Source: a virus
Virus record (IMG/VR): IMGVR_UViG_3300046163_000090
Coordinates: 53,478-117,477 of that record
Strand: one strand, 5' to 3'
DNA: 64,000 nt
Of the stretch, positions 39,192 through 47,009 are shown piece after piece; the first letter of the stretch is position 1; each line of letters starts with the position of its first letter. The notes beneath the pieces are model-generated. The model searched no databases and was not told the DNA's origin. It worked only from the letters and a program-made list of their open reading frames with translations. The position numbers and the translations under genes were made by a program.

Positions 39192-39419
39192 ATGTCAGAT
39201 AACACATACAATGGATGGGCAAATTGGGCAACTTGGAACGTCGCCCTTTGGTTAGGAAACGATGAAGGCTTGTATAGGCTTTCCCGCAGGTTCGTGAGTT
39301 ACAAGGATCTTGCTGACGCTCTTGAGGAAGTGGGCACCCTCAGCACTCCTGACGGAGCAAGCTACAAGGATGAAGATCTTGACACCTATGCGCTTGATGA
39401 ATGGCTTATGGACGAATAA
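39192..39419 (+). CDS. conserved phage protein (YNGWxNxxTWNVALW family)
   Basis: YNGWANWATWNVALWLGNDEGLY..TPDG; AAGGA SD; stop 4 nt before E2. Confidence 0.8.
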   Translation: MSDNTYNGWANWATWNVALWLGNDEGLYRLSRRFVSYKDLADALEEVGTLSTPDGASYKDEDLDTYALDEWLMDE

Positions 39420-39423
39420 TCCA

Positions 39424-39490
39424 TAAGTCGTTGATTATTAGGGGTTTAGGCGAGCCAGGCTGCCATAAGTACTTGGTAATCAGTGAATTA
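39424..39490. repeat. 67-bp dyad element E2
   Basis: taagtcgttgattattaggggttta-ggcgagccaggctgcca-taagtacttggtaatcagtgaatta. Confidence 0.85.
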
Positions 39491-39501
39491 TAAAACTCAT
39501 A

Positions 39502-39667
39502 AGGCCCGCCCGTAGTATAACTGCGCTATTTGTCGACTACGGCACCAGGCCCGCCCGTAGTATAACTGCGCTATTTGTCGACTACGGCACCAGGCCCGCC
39601 CGTAGTATAACTGCGCTATTTGTCGACTACGGCACCAGGCCCGCCCGTAGTATAACTGCGCTATTTG
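39502..39667. repeat. 45-bp tandem array B (3 identical copies plus a 31-bp partial)
   Basis: Unit aggcccgcccgtagtataactgcgctatttgtcgactacggcacc at 39502, 39547 and 39592; partial at 39637. Confidence 0.95.
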
Positions 39668-39729
39668 AGGTCTATAAAAAAAACGAAAAAAAGCTTGCAA
39701 TTAGTTTCTGACTTTGCTAGATTACTTAT

Positions 39730-39921
39730 ATGACTAAAAAAGAAATGCTCACCGAAATTACAACACTTCGCAAAGCTCTTCAAAGCTCTGCTGATTTCAC
39801 CCCTACTGATCGCATAGTAATCCGTAACGCGATTGGCGATCTTCAAGACAAGATTGATCTCCTCGACTTTCAAGAGTACGAGGATATTGATTATGGATAC
39901 CATGCCCAGTACGACTTATAA
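39730..39921 (+). CDS. hypothetical protein
   Basis: ATG 6 nt after TTGCAA-17-TAGATT (39695-39723). Confidence 0.7.
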   Translation: MTKKEMLTEITTLRKALQSSADFTPTDRIVIRNAIGDLQDKIDLLDFQEYEDIDYGYHAQYDL

Positions 39922-39926
39922 TAAAC

Positions 39927-40130
39927 ATGAAATACCTACTTACTAAATCAGACGACGCACATATAATCATTGCACAAGTCGATCACTCATTCAAGAAAAG
40001 ATCGCCACATGAGTTCTTCGTTAGTCGAGACTTTTTAAATGTCAATGTTAAAAATGGAAATTTTACTGACATTACCGACAGGGTAGATTGGGATGGCAAA
40101 GTTTGGATACTAACAGAAGATATGACATAA
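39927..40130 (+). CDS. hypothetical protein
   Basis: 67 aa; its TAA is the first 3 nt of E3. Confidence 0.65.
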   Translation: MKYLLTKSDDAHIIIAQVDHSFKKRSPHEFFVSRDFLNVNVKNGNFTDITDRVDWDGKVWILTEDMT

Positions 40131-40194
40131 GTCTTTGATAATCAAGGGCTTAGGCCCGCCAGGCCGCCCTAAGTCGTTGACATTCAGCTACTTA
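40128..40194. repeat. 67-bp dyad element E3
   Basis: taagtctttgataatcaagggctta-ggcccgccaggccgccc-taagtcgttgacattcagctactta. Confidence 0.9.
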
Positions 40195-40249
40195 CAACAA
40201 AAATACATAGAGACACCATATGTCTCTGGGTATGTGTTATACTGTAGGT

Positions 40250-40576
40250 ATGATTACAATAGAACACATTGACGACCAAACTTTCAACGCCACCGTAGAG
40301 TGGGACATGTACCTCATCGAGGTCGAGGGTACAGTATGGACTGAGCAGGAAGATAACCTGTGGGGTGACCAGGTCGAATCAGTTTCGACCATCGCCCATT
40401 TTGACGCAGTGACCGATATGAAGGTGTCAAGCAAAATGACTGGTGATGAAGTTGAGGTGCTAAACCTAGACTTCGCCGAGCTAGTCGTTCACCAGCTCAA
40501 GGAAGCTATCTGTGAGGAGGTCTACTCAGAGGAGTGTCAAGTAGATTATTCGCCATACTATCATGATATGGCGTAA
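40250..40576 (+). CDS. acidic hypothetical protein, copy 1
   Basis: Start reassigned to MITIEHIDD, 6 nt after the extended -10 TGTTATACT; its TAA is the first 3 nt of E4. Confidence 0.75.
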   Translation: MITIEHIDDQTFNATVEWDMYLIEVEGTVWTEQEDNLWGDQVESVSTIAHFDAVTDMKVSSKMTGDEVEVLNLDFAELVVHQLKEAICEEVYSEECQVDYSPYYHDMA

Positions 40577-40640
40577 GTCGTTGGCTGCCAGTAACTTAGG
40601 GCAGCCAGGCTGCCATAAGCCACTAATAATAAGCAACTTA
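40574..40640. repeat. 67-bp dyad element E4
   Basis: taagtcgttggctgccagtaactta-gggcagccaggctgcca-taagccactaataataagcaactta. Confidence 0.9.
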
Positions 40641-40693
40641 TGACATTTCCTTCTTGGCTCGCGGAGCTGATCCCTTTTAGGTTTGGCTATTTG

Positions 40694-40879
40694 CTATTTG
40701 ACCTTTTCGAGCTTAATTGGGCGATCAACAAAATATATGTAATCCTGTTTTACTCTTCTGCCCGCGAGCTTAGCTAATTGTAAAGCCTCGCTTTCTCTTC
40801 TAACTTCGTCAACCATTTTGCCAAAAGCAAACACTTGAAACCATTCTTTGAAATTTGGATTTTTTCTTACACTTATCAT
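40694..40879 (-). CDS. hypothetical protein
   Basis: 61-aa ORF in the E4-E5 block. Confidence 0.6.
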   Translation of the reverse strand: MISVRKNPNFKEWFQVFAFGKMVDEVRRESEALQLAKLAGRRVKQDYIYFVDRPIKLEKVK

Positions 40880-40938
40880 TTTATTCTGCCTCCCATATCA
40901 TATAAAATACAAACAACCAATTCATAAACATTAATAAT

Positions 40939-41202
40939 TCAACTATCATCGTAGACTCCTTTCATTTCATCAGATAGACCAATCTCTTTATCTTCTTCGT
41001 CTATCTCTTCGGCTCTGTCTTTGAGTAAATACTGAGCTTCGTCTGATACATCTTCCTTTTCCACTTTTCTCAAGCCATTGTTGAGTACAAAAGTCTCAGC
41101 TTGTAACTCTCCGACTAATTCCATAATCTCAGAGTTGGGTCGAAAGTTTTTGGACTCACGATGGGCGTTTGCGATGATTGCGATTCTTTCTTGTTCTGTC
41201 AT
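40939..41202 (-). CDS. acidic hypothetical protein
   Basis: 87-aa ORF. Confidence 0.65.
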   Translation of the reverse strand: MTEQERIAIIANAHRESKNFRPNSEIMELVGELQAETFVLNNGLRKVEKEDVSDEAQYLLKDRAEEIDEEDKEIGLSDEMKGVYDDS

Positions 41203-41216
41203 AATAGTAATGTAGT

Positions 41217-41414
41217 TTAGTTTGAGTATAATGTCAAGTCTTCGTTTTCTAATTGTATACGAACATACGGCTCAGAGTATTCATCCACTTCCATGTCTGC
41301 ATAACTACAATCAATAAACTCACCAATATCTTGCAAGCCATTGTTGTTTGCAAAAGTGTTAACCTTAAACGAGCAAATATCATTGCCGTAGTAATCTTCA
41401 ATAACTATCTTCAT
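41217..41414 (-). CDS. hypothetical protein
   Basis: 65-aa ORF. Confidence 0.6.
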   Translation of the reverse strand: MKIVIEDYYGNDICSFKVNTFANNNGLQDIGEFIDCSYADMEVDEYSEPYVRIQLENEDLTLYSN

Positions 41415-41438
41415 GTTTTTAATATAGTTTAGTTGTGG

Positions 41439-41810
41439 TTAGTAGTCAAGCCCTAAATCTCTTTTAAATTCTGCTTTGTCTTCGATTAGCTCATCAACCC
41501 AAACACTTCCTTCGACTTGAGCTTTTGCCATTAAGATAGATACTTGAGCAGGAGATTGCCAACCGACAACATCGTCAGAAGGAGAAAGTGGAATCATTCC
41601 ATTTTTGTCGAAAATTGCAACTTCGTATAAATCTTCTTCCACGCTTCCATATAATCCTCTTCTGCCGTCTTTACCTGCAACAACAGAAATTTCTAGTCCG
41701 TTACCAAAGTCAAGCCTTGCTTGGACTGCGTCATCAGAACCACGATGTGGCTTAAAATCAAGATTGTCAAAGTTTAATAATTCGTTCATTGGTATATTGT
41801 TGTTAATCAT
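41439..41810 (-). CDS. conserved phage protein (FxNGxxxSV..LYEVA..DDVxGW family)
   Basis: FGNGLEISVV..GLYG..LYEVAIF..DDVVGW; leaderless after TTGCAT-17-TAATGT (41845-41817). Confidence 0.8.
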   Translation of the reverse strand: MINNNIPMNELLNFDNLDFKPHRGSDDAVQARLDFGNGLEISVVAGKDGRRGLYGSVEEDLYEVAIFDKNGMIPLSPSDDVVGWQSPAQVSILMAKAQVEGSVWVDELIEDKAEFKRDLGLDY

Positions 41811-41875
41811 ATAAACACATTAAAACTTTTTGCCAATTAATGCAAGAAAAAAGTGAAGTTTTTTACGTTTTGTTG

Positions 41876-41942
41876 TAAGTTGTTGGTTGTTAAGCATTTG
41901 TGGCAGCCTGGCTGCCGTAAGTCGTTGAGGCCCAGCGACTTA
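41876..41942. repeat. 67-bp dyad element E5
   Basis: taagttgttggttgttaagcatttg-tggcagcctggctgccg-taagtcgttgaggcccagcgactta. Confidence 0.88.
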
Positions 41943-41944
41943 GG

Positions 41945-42124
41945 TTAATATCCGAGCCATTCCAAAACTTTCTGTGCTGAGTATCCGTCCTTGTCGCCCA
42001 TGTCCTCGAAAAATTCGCAAATCTCTTCATTAGAAGTGATTCCGTGCCTTGCTAATTCTCGCAAAGCACGATCTTGCGAGATATCAATTCCTTGGGCTGA
42101 GTCGTAATAAGTTTCTTCGTTCAT
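41945..42124 (-). CDS. hypothetical protein (59 aa, not in ORF track)
   Basis: MNEETYYDSAQGIDISQDRALRELARHG..AQKVLEWLGY; stop 2 nt from E5. Confidence 0.7.
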   Translation of the reverse strand: MNEETYYDSAQGIDISQDRALRELARHGITSNEEICEFFEDMGDKDGYSAQKVLEWLGY

Positions 42125-42139
42125 GGTAGTAATGTAGCA

Positions 42140-42868
42140 TTAATGGGCTAAATATGCAATACCTTTTTTGCATCCCTTGATGAAGCATAAGTTGCAATTA
42201 TGAGCTTGGCAAGTTGCAAGAATCTTGCCGTCCTCGCCCTTAACATAAGTTGCAGGGCAAACAAAATGTCCGTCTTGCTCTGCTTTTGTCTTGCTAGTGT
42301 AAACTGAAGTGCCCGCGTCGAGTCCGTCAACTTGTGGAGCTGGCTCATCTACATAAATAGCGCTTGGCTTAATGTTTACATTTTTAAGGCTTGCCAACTT
42401 CTGCAAGTGTGGAAGCTGAGAGTCGCGTTTCCATTCACGAGTTGGAAACCAAAAGCGAATTGTTGGGAATTGTTCGCAAATGCGAATCCACGCGGCAATG
42501 TAGCGAGGGGAAAACAAATCGCCTGAATCATGAACGCGAAAAAGATCTGTGTTTGTTTTCTTGAGCTTTTTCTTGTTGCCTTGCTTGTCGAAATACTTTG
42601 CGCGAATTTGCTTGCACATTGCATCAACAAAAGTGTCGCCATTGTCTTGATGTAGTGACTTTGTTATGAGATTCGCCTTGCCTTGCAAACTTGCCTTGAC
42701 ATTGGAAAACATATAAAAGCCTTTGCAAGCATAGCAAGAATCACAAATAAACTTTTTTGCTTTGTCCTTAATCTTTGCCAATAGCTGCGCGGCAGGGCAA
42801 TACTTGAAAGCTGGAATGTTGAACGAATAGCAAGGCATCTTGCTTGGATTGGATAGTAAGTTAATCAT
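42140..42868 (-). CDS. Gp88-like protein
   Basis: SKMPCYSFNIPA..CP..CDSCYACKG..FRVHDSGD..FWFPTR..CPA..C..C..C; leaderless after TTGCAA-17-TATATT. Confidence 0.8.
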   Translation of the reverse strand: MINLLSNPSKMPCYSFNIPAFKYCPAAQLLAKIKDKAKKFICDSCYACKGFYMFSNVKASLQGKANLITKSLHQDNGDTFVDAMCKQIRAKYFDKQGNKKKLKKTNTDLFRVHDSGDLFSPRYIAAWIRICEQFPTIRFWFPTREWKRDSQLPHLQKLASLKNVNIKPSAIYVDEPAPQVDGLDAGTSVYTSKTKAEQDGHFVCPATYVKGEDGKILATCQAHNCNLCFIKGCKKGIAYLAH

Positions 42869-42906
42869 ATGTAGAATATAGTTTAATTGTTTTGCAATTG
42901 CAAGCT

Positions 42907-43098
42907 TTAAAGCACTAAATCTTCAAAAAAGTCAGGCTCTAGACCGAACTCACTTGAGAAGGAATCTTCCCACTCAAAAAGGCTTCCGCCTTGTCCAACA
43001 TCCATCCACATTTCGGAAGTAAATGCAGTAACTTGATCCTCCGCCTCTTCACGGGAAAGTCCGTCGCGGGTCATTAAGATTTCAATTATTCGTTTCAT
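42907..43098 (-). CDS. hypothetical protein
   Basis: Start reassigned to MKRIIEILMTRDGLSREEA..FGLEPDF, just after a promoter. Confidence 0.7.
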   Translation of the reverse strand: MKRIIEILMTRDGLSREEAEDQVTAFTSEMWMDVGQGGSLFEWEDSFSSEFGLEPDFFEDLVL

Positions 43099-43163
43099 AA
43101 GTATACTATCGCAAAAAAGAGTACTGAATGCAAGCAAAAAGTGAATTAAATTGCATTTTGTTG

Positions 43164-43230
43164 TAAGTCGTTGTCTAACAGTCACTTGCGGCAGCCAGGC
43201 TGCTGTAAATCGTTGAGGCCCAGTAACTTA
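43164..43230. repeat. 67-bp dyad element E6 (divergent, head-to-head junction)
   Basis: taagtcgttgtctaacagtcacttg-cggcagccaggctgctg-taaatcgttgaggcccagtaactta, flanked by TTTTGTTG and CAACAAAA. Confidence 0.9.
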
Positions 43231-43285
43231 CAACAAAAATACATAGAGACACCATATGTCTCTGGGTATGTGTTATACTGTAGGT

Positions 43286-43612
43286 ATGATTACAATAGAA
43301 CACATTGACGACCAAACTTTCAACGCCACCGTAGAGTGGGACATGTACCTCATCGAGGTCGAGGGTACAGTATGGACTGAGCAAGAAGATAACCTGTGGG
43401 GTGACCAGGTCGAATCAGTTTCGACCATCGCCCATTTTGACGCAGTGACCGATATGAAGGTGTCAAGCAAAATGACTGGTGATGAAGTTGAGGTGCTAAA
43501 CCTAGACTTCGCCGAGCTAGTCGTTCACCAGCTCAAGGAAGCTATCTGTGAGGAGGTCTACTCAGAGGAGTGTCAAGTAGATTATTCGCCATACTATCAT
43601 GATATGGCGTAA
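43286..43612 (+). CDS. acidic hypothetical protein, copy 2 (identical protein to 40250..40576)
   Basis: Same protein; one synonymous CAG/CAA difference. Confidence 0.75.
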   Translation: MITIEHIDDQTFNATVEWDMYLIEVEGTVWTEQEDNLWGDQVESVSTIAHFDAVTDMKVSSKMTGDEVEVLNLDFAELVVHQLKEAICEEVYSEECQVDYSPYYHDMA

Positions 43613-43676
43613 GTCGTTGGCTGCCAGCAACTTAGGGCAGCCAGGCTGCCACAAGTCGTTAAGTATCAGCTACTTA
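43610..43676. repeat. 67-bp dyad element E7
   Basis: taagtcgttggctgccagcaactta-gggcagccaggctgcca-caagtcgttaagtatcagctactta. Confidence 0.9.
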
Positions 43677-43692
43677 CGAAAGTGTCAAGCAT

Positions 43693-43725
43693 AAAAAAAC
43701 CCCCTCCCGATATTCAGGAGGGGGC
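43693..43725 (-). terminator. intrinsic terminator for the DUF932 block
   Basis: Minus strand CCCCCTCC-loop-GGAGGGGG followed by T7. Confidence 0.8.
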
Positions 43726-43741
43726 TAACTAATAACACTAT

Positions 43742-44605
43742 TTACATCTCAACTAATTCATTTTCAACTACCGCAATATTTGCAACTTCTTCGGAGTGAC
43801 TTGCAATATCGAAGTCAACGACATTGTCAAGAACAGAATGAAGGGCTTGGGAGCGGTTAGGTAAAGCGGTGAGATTGCCCTTGTAAATCTCAGTAAAAGC
43901 ATTGTAAAGAGAATTAACATTGCGATCCCAAAACTCAGGGTGATCTGAAGATTCCCATTGATCAACTACATCCATAACTTTAGATTTTGGTACAGCTCCT
44001 GCCTTGCAAGCATTAATGATAATATCATTAGCCTCAGCGTTTTTGATTTCTCTGCTTCTGTAAGCATTGATGCGCTCATCTTGACCATGCCAAAAGTTAA
44101 AAAGCTGACCAATTGCACGATTGATGGTGAAATTAAGGTCTTGCAAAATGTTCATCGTGTGTCTACGAGCAAGTTTAATGGTGTTAGTGAAGATTAAGTT
44201 GTCGCAAACAAAAGGAGCATCCCCTGCACAAATGCCCGCAGGGAAACTTTTGTCGTGAGCATTACGAAGACCAATAATAGTCCCTCGGTCTGATTGCTCA
44301 CGGCTTGCATGGTCAACTTGAAACAAACCAAAGTACCTCTGACCATCACGAGCAAGGTTGTGGCATTCGTCAACAATGCTGAAACCTGAATCCTCAAGAG
44401 CGTTACGAGTTTTGCGAATGACCGCCTTGTGTGAAATAGGTTGGTGAGATACTGAAAGCTCGCCTGTCCTTTTGTTTGGTTGAGAGCGAAATGTGCGAGG
44501 CGGTTGACTTACTTGGTAAACTTCGCCTAAAGAAACGATAGTATGCTCGCCTCCGCAAATTCTGAGATTATTCTTTTTGGTGGATGTGTTTTGTGCGTTA
44601 TTCAT
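43742..44605 (-). CDS. DUF932-family protein
   Basis: HQPISH, IGLRNAHDKS..AG..FVCDNL.F, RRHT and LYNAFTE motifs. Confidence 0.8.
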   Translation of the reverse strand: MNNAQNTSTKKNNLRICGGEHTIVSLGEVYQVSQPPRTFRSQPNKRTGELSVSHQPISHKAVIRKTRNALEDSGFSIVDECHNLARDGQRYFGLFQVDHASREQSDRGTIIGLRNAHDKSFPAGICAGDAPFVCDNLIFTNTIKLARRHTMNILQDLNFTINRAIGQLFNFWHGQDERINAYRSREIKNAEANDIIINACKAGAVPKSKVMDVVDQWESSDHPEFWDRNVNSLYNAFTEIYKGNLTALPNRSQALHSVLDNVVDFDIASHSEEVANIAVVENELVEM

Positions 44606-44644
44606 AGTTTTATATAATATAGATGTTAATTATTCTGTCAATAC

Positions 44645-44878
44645 TTAATTACGAGAAATATCATTTTCTTTATCCTCGTACATTTTATAATATGCCTCGG
44701 CTTGACTTGCTATGTCTTTGAATGCAATGCCTATGAGTGAGACTGTCTCTAAATCGTCTTGATCTAATTTTTCGGTTTGAGGAAGAATGAATTTTTGAAA
44801 TAAGAAGTCCATACCTTCAGCCATTACATCTTCGAAGTTTGGTCTTTGTGGTGATTGAAATTCGGGATTAATGTTCAT
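44645..44878 (-). CDS. hypothetical protein
   Basis: 77 aa; AGGAG SD. Confidence 0.65.
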   Translation of the reverse strand: MNINPEFQSPQRPNFEDVMAEGMDFLFQKFILPQTEKLDQDDLETVSLIGIAFKDIASQAEAYYKMYEDKENDISRN

Positions 44879-44991
44879 ACTAATTGCTCCTTGTGTTTAA
44901 GTTTTCTGTGGATGATTTTGTTCTTCATTTTATGTGGGCGGGATTTGGTGAAGAGAACCGCTTTTCTGATCTTTATCTCTCTCGTTTTCAT
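44875..44991 (-). CDS. 38-aa basic peptide ending RKLKHK (not in ORF track)
   Basis: MKTREIKIRKAVLFTKSRPHKMKNKIIHRKLKHKEQLV; first gene after the promoter next to E8; ATGA overlap with 44878. Confidence 0.6.
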   Translation of the reverse strand: MKTREIKIRKAVLFTKSRPHKMKNKIIHRKLKHKEQLV

Positions 44992-45056
44992 ATGTACATA
45001 CTAAGCTACTTTTATAATTAACACAAGAAAAAAATGAAATAAAATGCATTCTGTTG

Positions 45057-45123
45057 TAAGTCGTTGTATATCAAGGACTTTCGCGGGCCTGGTCGCCGTA
45101 AGTTATTGGAAGTCAAGGGTTTA
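45057..45123. repeat. 67-bp dyad element E8
   Basis: taagtcgttgtatatcaaggacttt-cgcgggcctggtcgccg-taagttattggaagtcaagggttta. Confidence 0.85.
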
Positions 45124-45124
45124 C

Positions 45125-45155
45125 AAAAAACCCCTCGCCCATTAAGAGCGAGGGG
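45125..45155 (-). terminator. intrinsic terminator abutting E8
   Basis: Minus strand CCCCTCGC-loop-GCGAGGGG followed by T6. Confidence 0.8.
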
Positions 45156-45173
45156 CCACAGACCTACAACAAA

Positions 45174-45335
45174 CTATTTGTTCAAAGGCATTTTACCCTG
45201 CTTGATTTCGAGGTCCTCGAGTAATCGATCATGCAGCCTTTTCTGCCTATAATATTCGGGAGTATTTTCCCCGTACAACTCACGCACTGCAAGTTGGTAA
45301 CCCATTTTTCTGACTTTACTTTCTAAGTTTTCCAT
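45174..45335 (-). CDS. hypothetical protein (53 aa, not in ORF track)
   Basis: MENLESKVRKMGYQLAVRELYG..; AAGGAG SD. Confidence 0.55.
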   Translation of the reverse strand: MENLESKVRKMGYQLAVRELYGENTPEYYRQKRLHDRLLEDLEIKQGKMPLNK

Positions 45336-45339
45336 AGTA

Positions 45340-45573
45340 TTAGCTCCTTACCATTGAGATTATTCTGTCGTAACGAAATGAACGCACGGCATTCCTATTG
45401 TAGCAATGAGCCCGAAAGCCAGCGACAGGGAGACCTTCCTTCATGTTACCAAATTCGTTTCTGTGCTTTGGTTTAGAGATGGTATACATTGCCGTAGTAC
45501 CTTCTTGAGTTTTGTATACCACTTGATATACAGGGTTGAACAGGTTTGCAATTTTAGCTAGTAGCTTCTTCAT
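45340..45573 (-). CDS. small WYL/SH3-like protein
   Basis: C-terminal RSFRYDRII matches the WYL-type RxFRxDRI motif; start reassigned to MKKLL after an AGGAGG SD. Confidence 0.55.
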   Translation of the reverse strand: MKKLLAKIANLFNPVYQVVYKTQEGTTAMYTISKPKHRNEFGNMKEGLPVAGFRAHCYNRNAVRSFRYDRIISMVRS

Positions 45574-45793
45574 GTTGTGTTTCCTCCTTAAGGGGGTTAA
45601 TGTTGTAGTGATTGTAAGCATCAGTGACTTCTTCAGCTGATTCGAAACTTACAGAAATGATATCTCTCTCGAAATGTGGATTCCAATCGTCGTGGTTCTC
45701 TTCAAAGAACAATTCCCATTGCTCAGTGCCCTCGTTAAAACTTGGTAAATCCAATGGTCTGCCGATGCAGGTTGCTTCTATGTAATTATTCAT
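45554..45793 (-). CDS. hypothetical protein
   Basis: Start reassigned to MNNYIEA after a GGAGG SD. Confidence 0.6.
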   Translation of the reverse strand: MNNYIEATCIGRPLDLPSFNEGTEQWELFFEENHDDWNPHFERDIISVSFESAEEVTDAYNHYNINPLKEETQHEEATS

Positions 45794-45998
45794 TGTCATC
45801 ATCCTCCATAATATAGATTCCAAAATGAGATGCAAGCTCTAAGATCATTTTATCTTTATTGAAATAACGAAAAGCAAAAGTGAGTAAATCTTCTTGCTCT
45901 TTTCCTGTGTGCCCATCTCTAAGCTCGTCATATATCTCAAAGATGTTCATGTTCCAATTCCAACCTTCTACTCTTGATTCAATTTGTGCGTCTGTCAT
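45786..45998 (-). CDS. hypothetical protein
   Basis: 70 aa, in a tightly packed operon. Confidence 0.65.
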   Translation of the reverse strand: MTDAQIESRVEGWNWNMNIFEIYDELRDGHTGKEQEDLLTFAFRYFNKDKMILELASHFGIYIMEDDDNE

Positions 45999-46213
45999 TA
46001 TACTGCCCTCTCGTTTACTTGTTCTAACATTAATTTGAATTGATCGAAAACTTTTTGCTTACTACCTTTAAGCCCAAACTCTTGTTTGACGATAGAATAA
46101 CAAGATCTGCCTCGACTCATTTGTAGTCCTTGGGTCTCAAGCTTTAAACCTCTAAGAAGAGTTTTGTAGCGAAACATTTCGATTTGTTCAGGTGTGTCTA
46201 ATACTGTTGTCAT
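45998..46213 (-). CDS. hypothetical phage protein
   Basis: LKLETQGLQMSRGRS..KQEFGLKGSKQKV. Confidence 0.7.
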   Translation of the reverse strand: MTTVLDTPEQIEMFRYKTLLRGLKLETQGLQMSRGRSCYSIVKQEFGLKGSKQKVFDQFKLMLEQVNERAV

Positions 46214-46227
46214 GATTTTTCCTTGTG

Positions 46228-46455
46228 TTATAGTTGTGCTGATTGAAAAGATGATTCTATCCTAAGCTGATTTTGCAAGCTTGTCAAGTCTGTAATGATA
46301 TCATCTAAAACTTCTTCTGCGCTTTCAGTGGTGATGTAATCAACCCCTAAACTCTCAGCCTTCTTTAGGTTAATTGGATCTGTAGGATTGCACCAACGAA
46401 GATTGCCATGAGTGATTTGCATTATCATTTGCCTAATCTCTCCCTGCGTCATCAT
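46228..46455 (-). CDS. hypothetical protein
   Basis: 75 aa, in a tightly packed operon. Confidence 0.6.
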   Translation of the reverse strand: MMTQGEIRQMIMQITHGNLRWCNPTDPINLKKAESLGVDYITTESAEEVLDDIITDLTSLQNQLRIESSFQSAQL

Positions 46456-46634
46456 TGTTTTGTCCTTTCTGCTTTGATCTTTGCATTTTGGTCGTCAACA
46501 ATTTTAGCTAAACGTTTTAATTCAAACATAACATTTTGCTTGTCTTCGTATCCTGCTTTTGGGTTCTTCAGTACCTCAATCATTGGAAGAATGAGTGCTG
46601 ACCATGTTGGTGTCATATCTATTGTTTCTGTCAT
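46452..46634 (-). CDS. hypothetical protein
   Basis: TIDMTPTW motif; 60 aa. Confidence 0.65.
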   Translation of the reverse strand: MTETIDMTPTWSALILPMIEVLKNPKAGYEDKQNVMFELKRLAKIVDDQNAKIKAERTKQ

Positions 46635-46648
46635 AATATAAAACTAAA

Positions 46649-46852
46649 CTATCTGAGTGCTGTTGTCAACTCATTTTCAAACTTTTTTGCTTCAACTAAT
46701 TCTTTAAGGTCATAGCTGATAGTGCATAAACTTTCGTTAATGCCATTCATTACCTTGATGAGATCTGCCATGTTTCCATAACGACGATTTTCTAATAGTT
46801 CGTCGGCAACTCCATCAATTGCACATTCTATTCTTTTTAATTGTTCTTTCAT
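46649..46852 (-). CDS. hypothetical coiled-coil protein
   Basis: 67 aa. Confidence 0.6.
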   Translation of the reverse strand: MKEQLKRIECAIDGVADELLENRRYGNMADLIKVMNGINESLCTISYDLKELVEAKKFENELTTALR

Positions 46853-46853
46853 T

Positions 46854-47009
46854 TTAATGTTTGCCTTTCTTTGTAAAATTTTCTAAATAATATGTAACCC
46901 GTTCAATAGCTTCATTTTGTTTTAGTGTTTCCTCTTTCATTTCAGGGTCGTCAATAACATTTTGATTGGCTAGGTCTAATACAATTTCTAATGCTTCTGT
47001 GATATTCAT
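46854..47009 (-). CDS. hypothetical protein (51 aa, not in ORF track)
   Basis: MNITEALEIVLDLANQN..; fills the gap and has an ATGA overlap with 47006. Confidence 0.6.
   Translation of the reverse strand: MNITEALEIVLDLANQNVIDDPEMKEETLKQNEAIERVTYYLENFTKKGKH

Noticed and set aside
38248-39667. CRISPR or TIGR-like guide array
   Set aside because: Units are identical within each array, so there are no unique spacers, and no cas- or Nop-domain-like gene was recognised in the window.
40190-43651. Diversity-generating retroelement TR/VR pair
   Set aside because: There are only two mismatches, with no adenine-specific pattern, and no reverse transcriptase in the window.
45064-45252. 62-aa plus-strand ORF
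   Set aside because: It runs through element E8 and a terminator and is antisense to a better-supported ORF.
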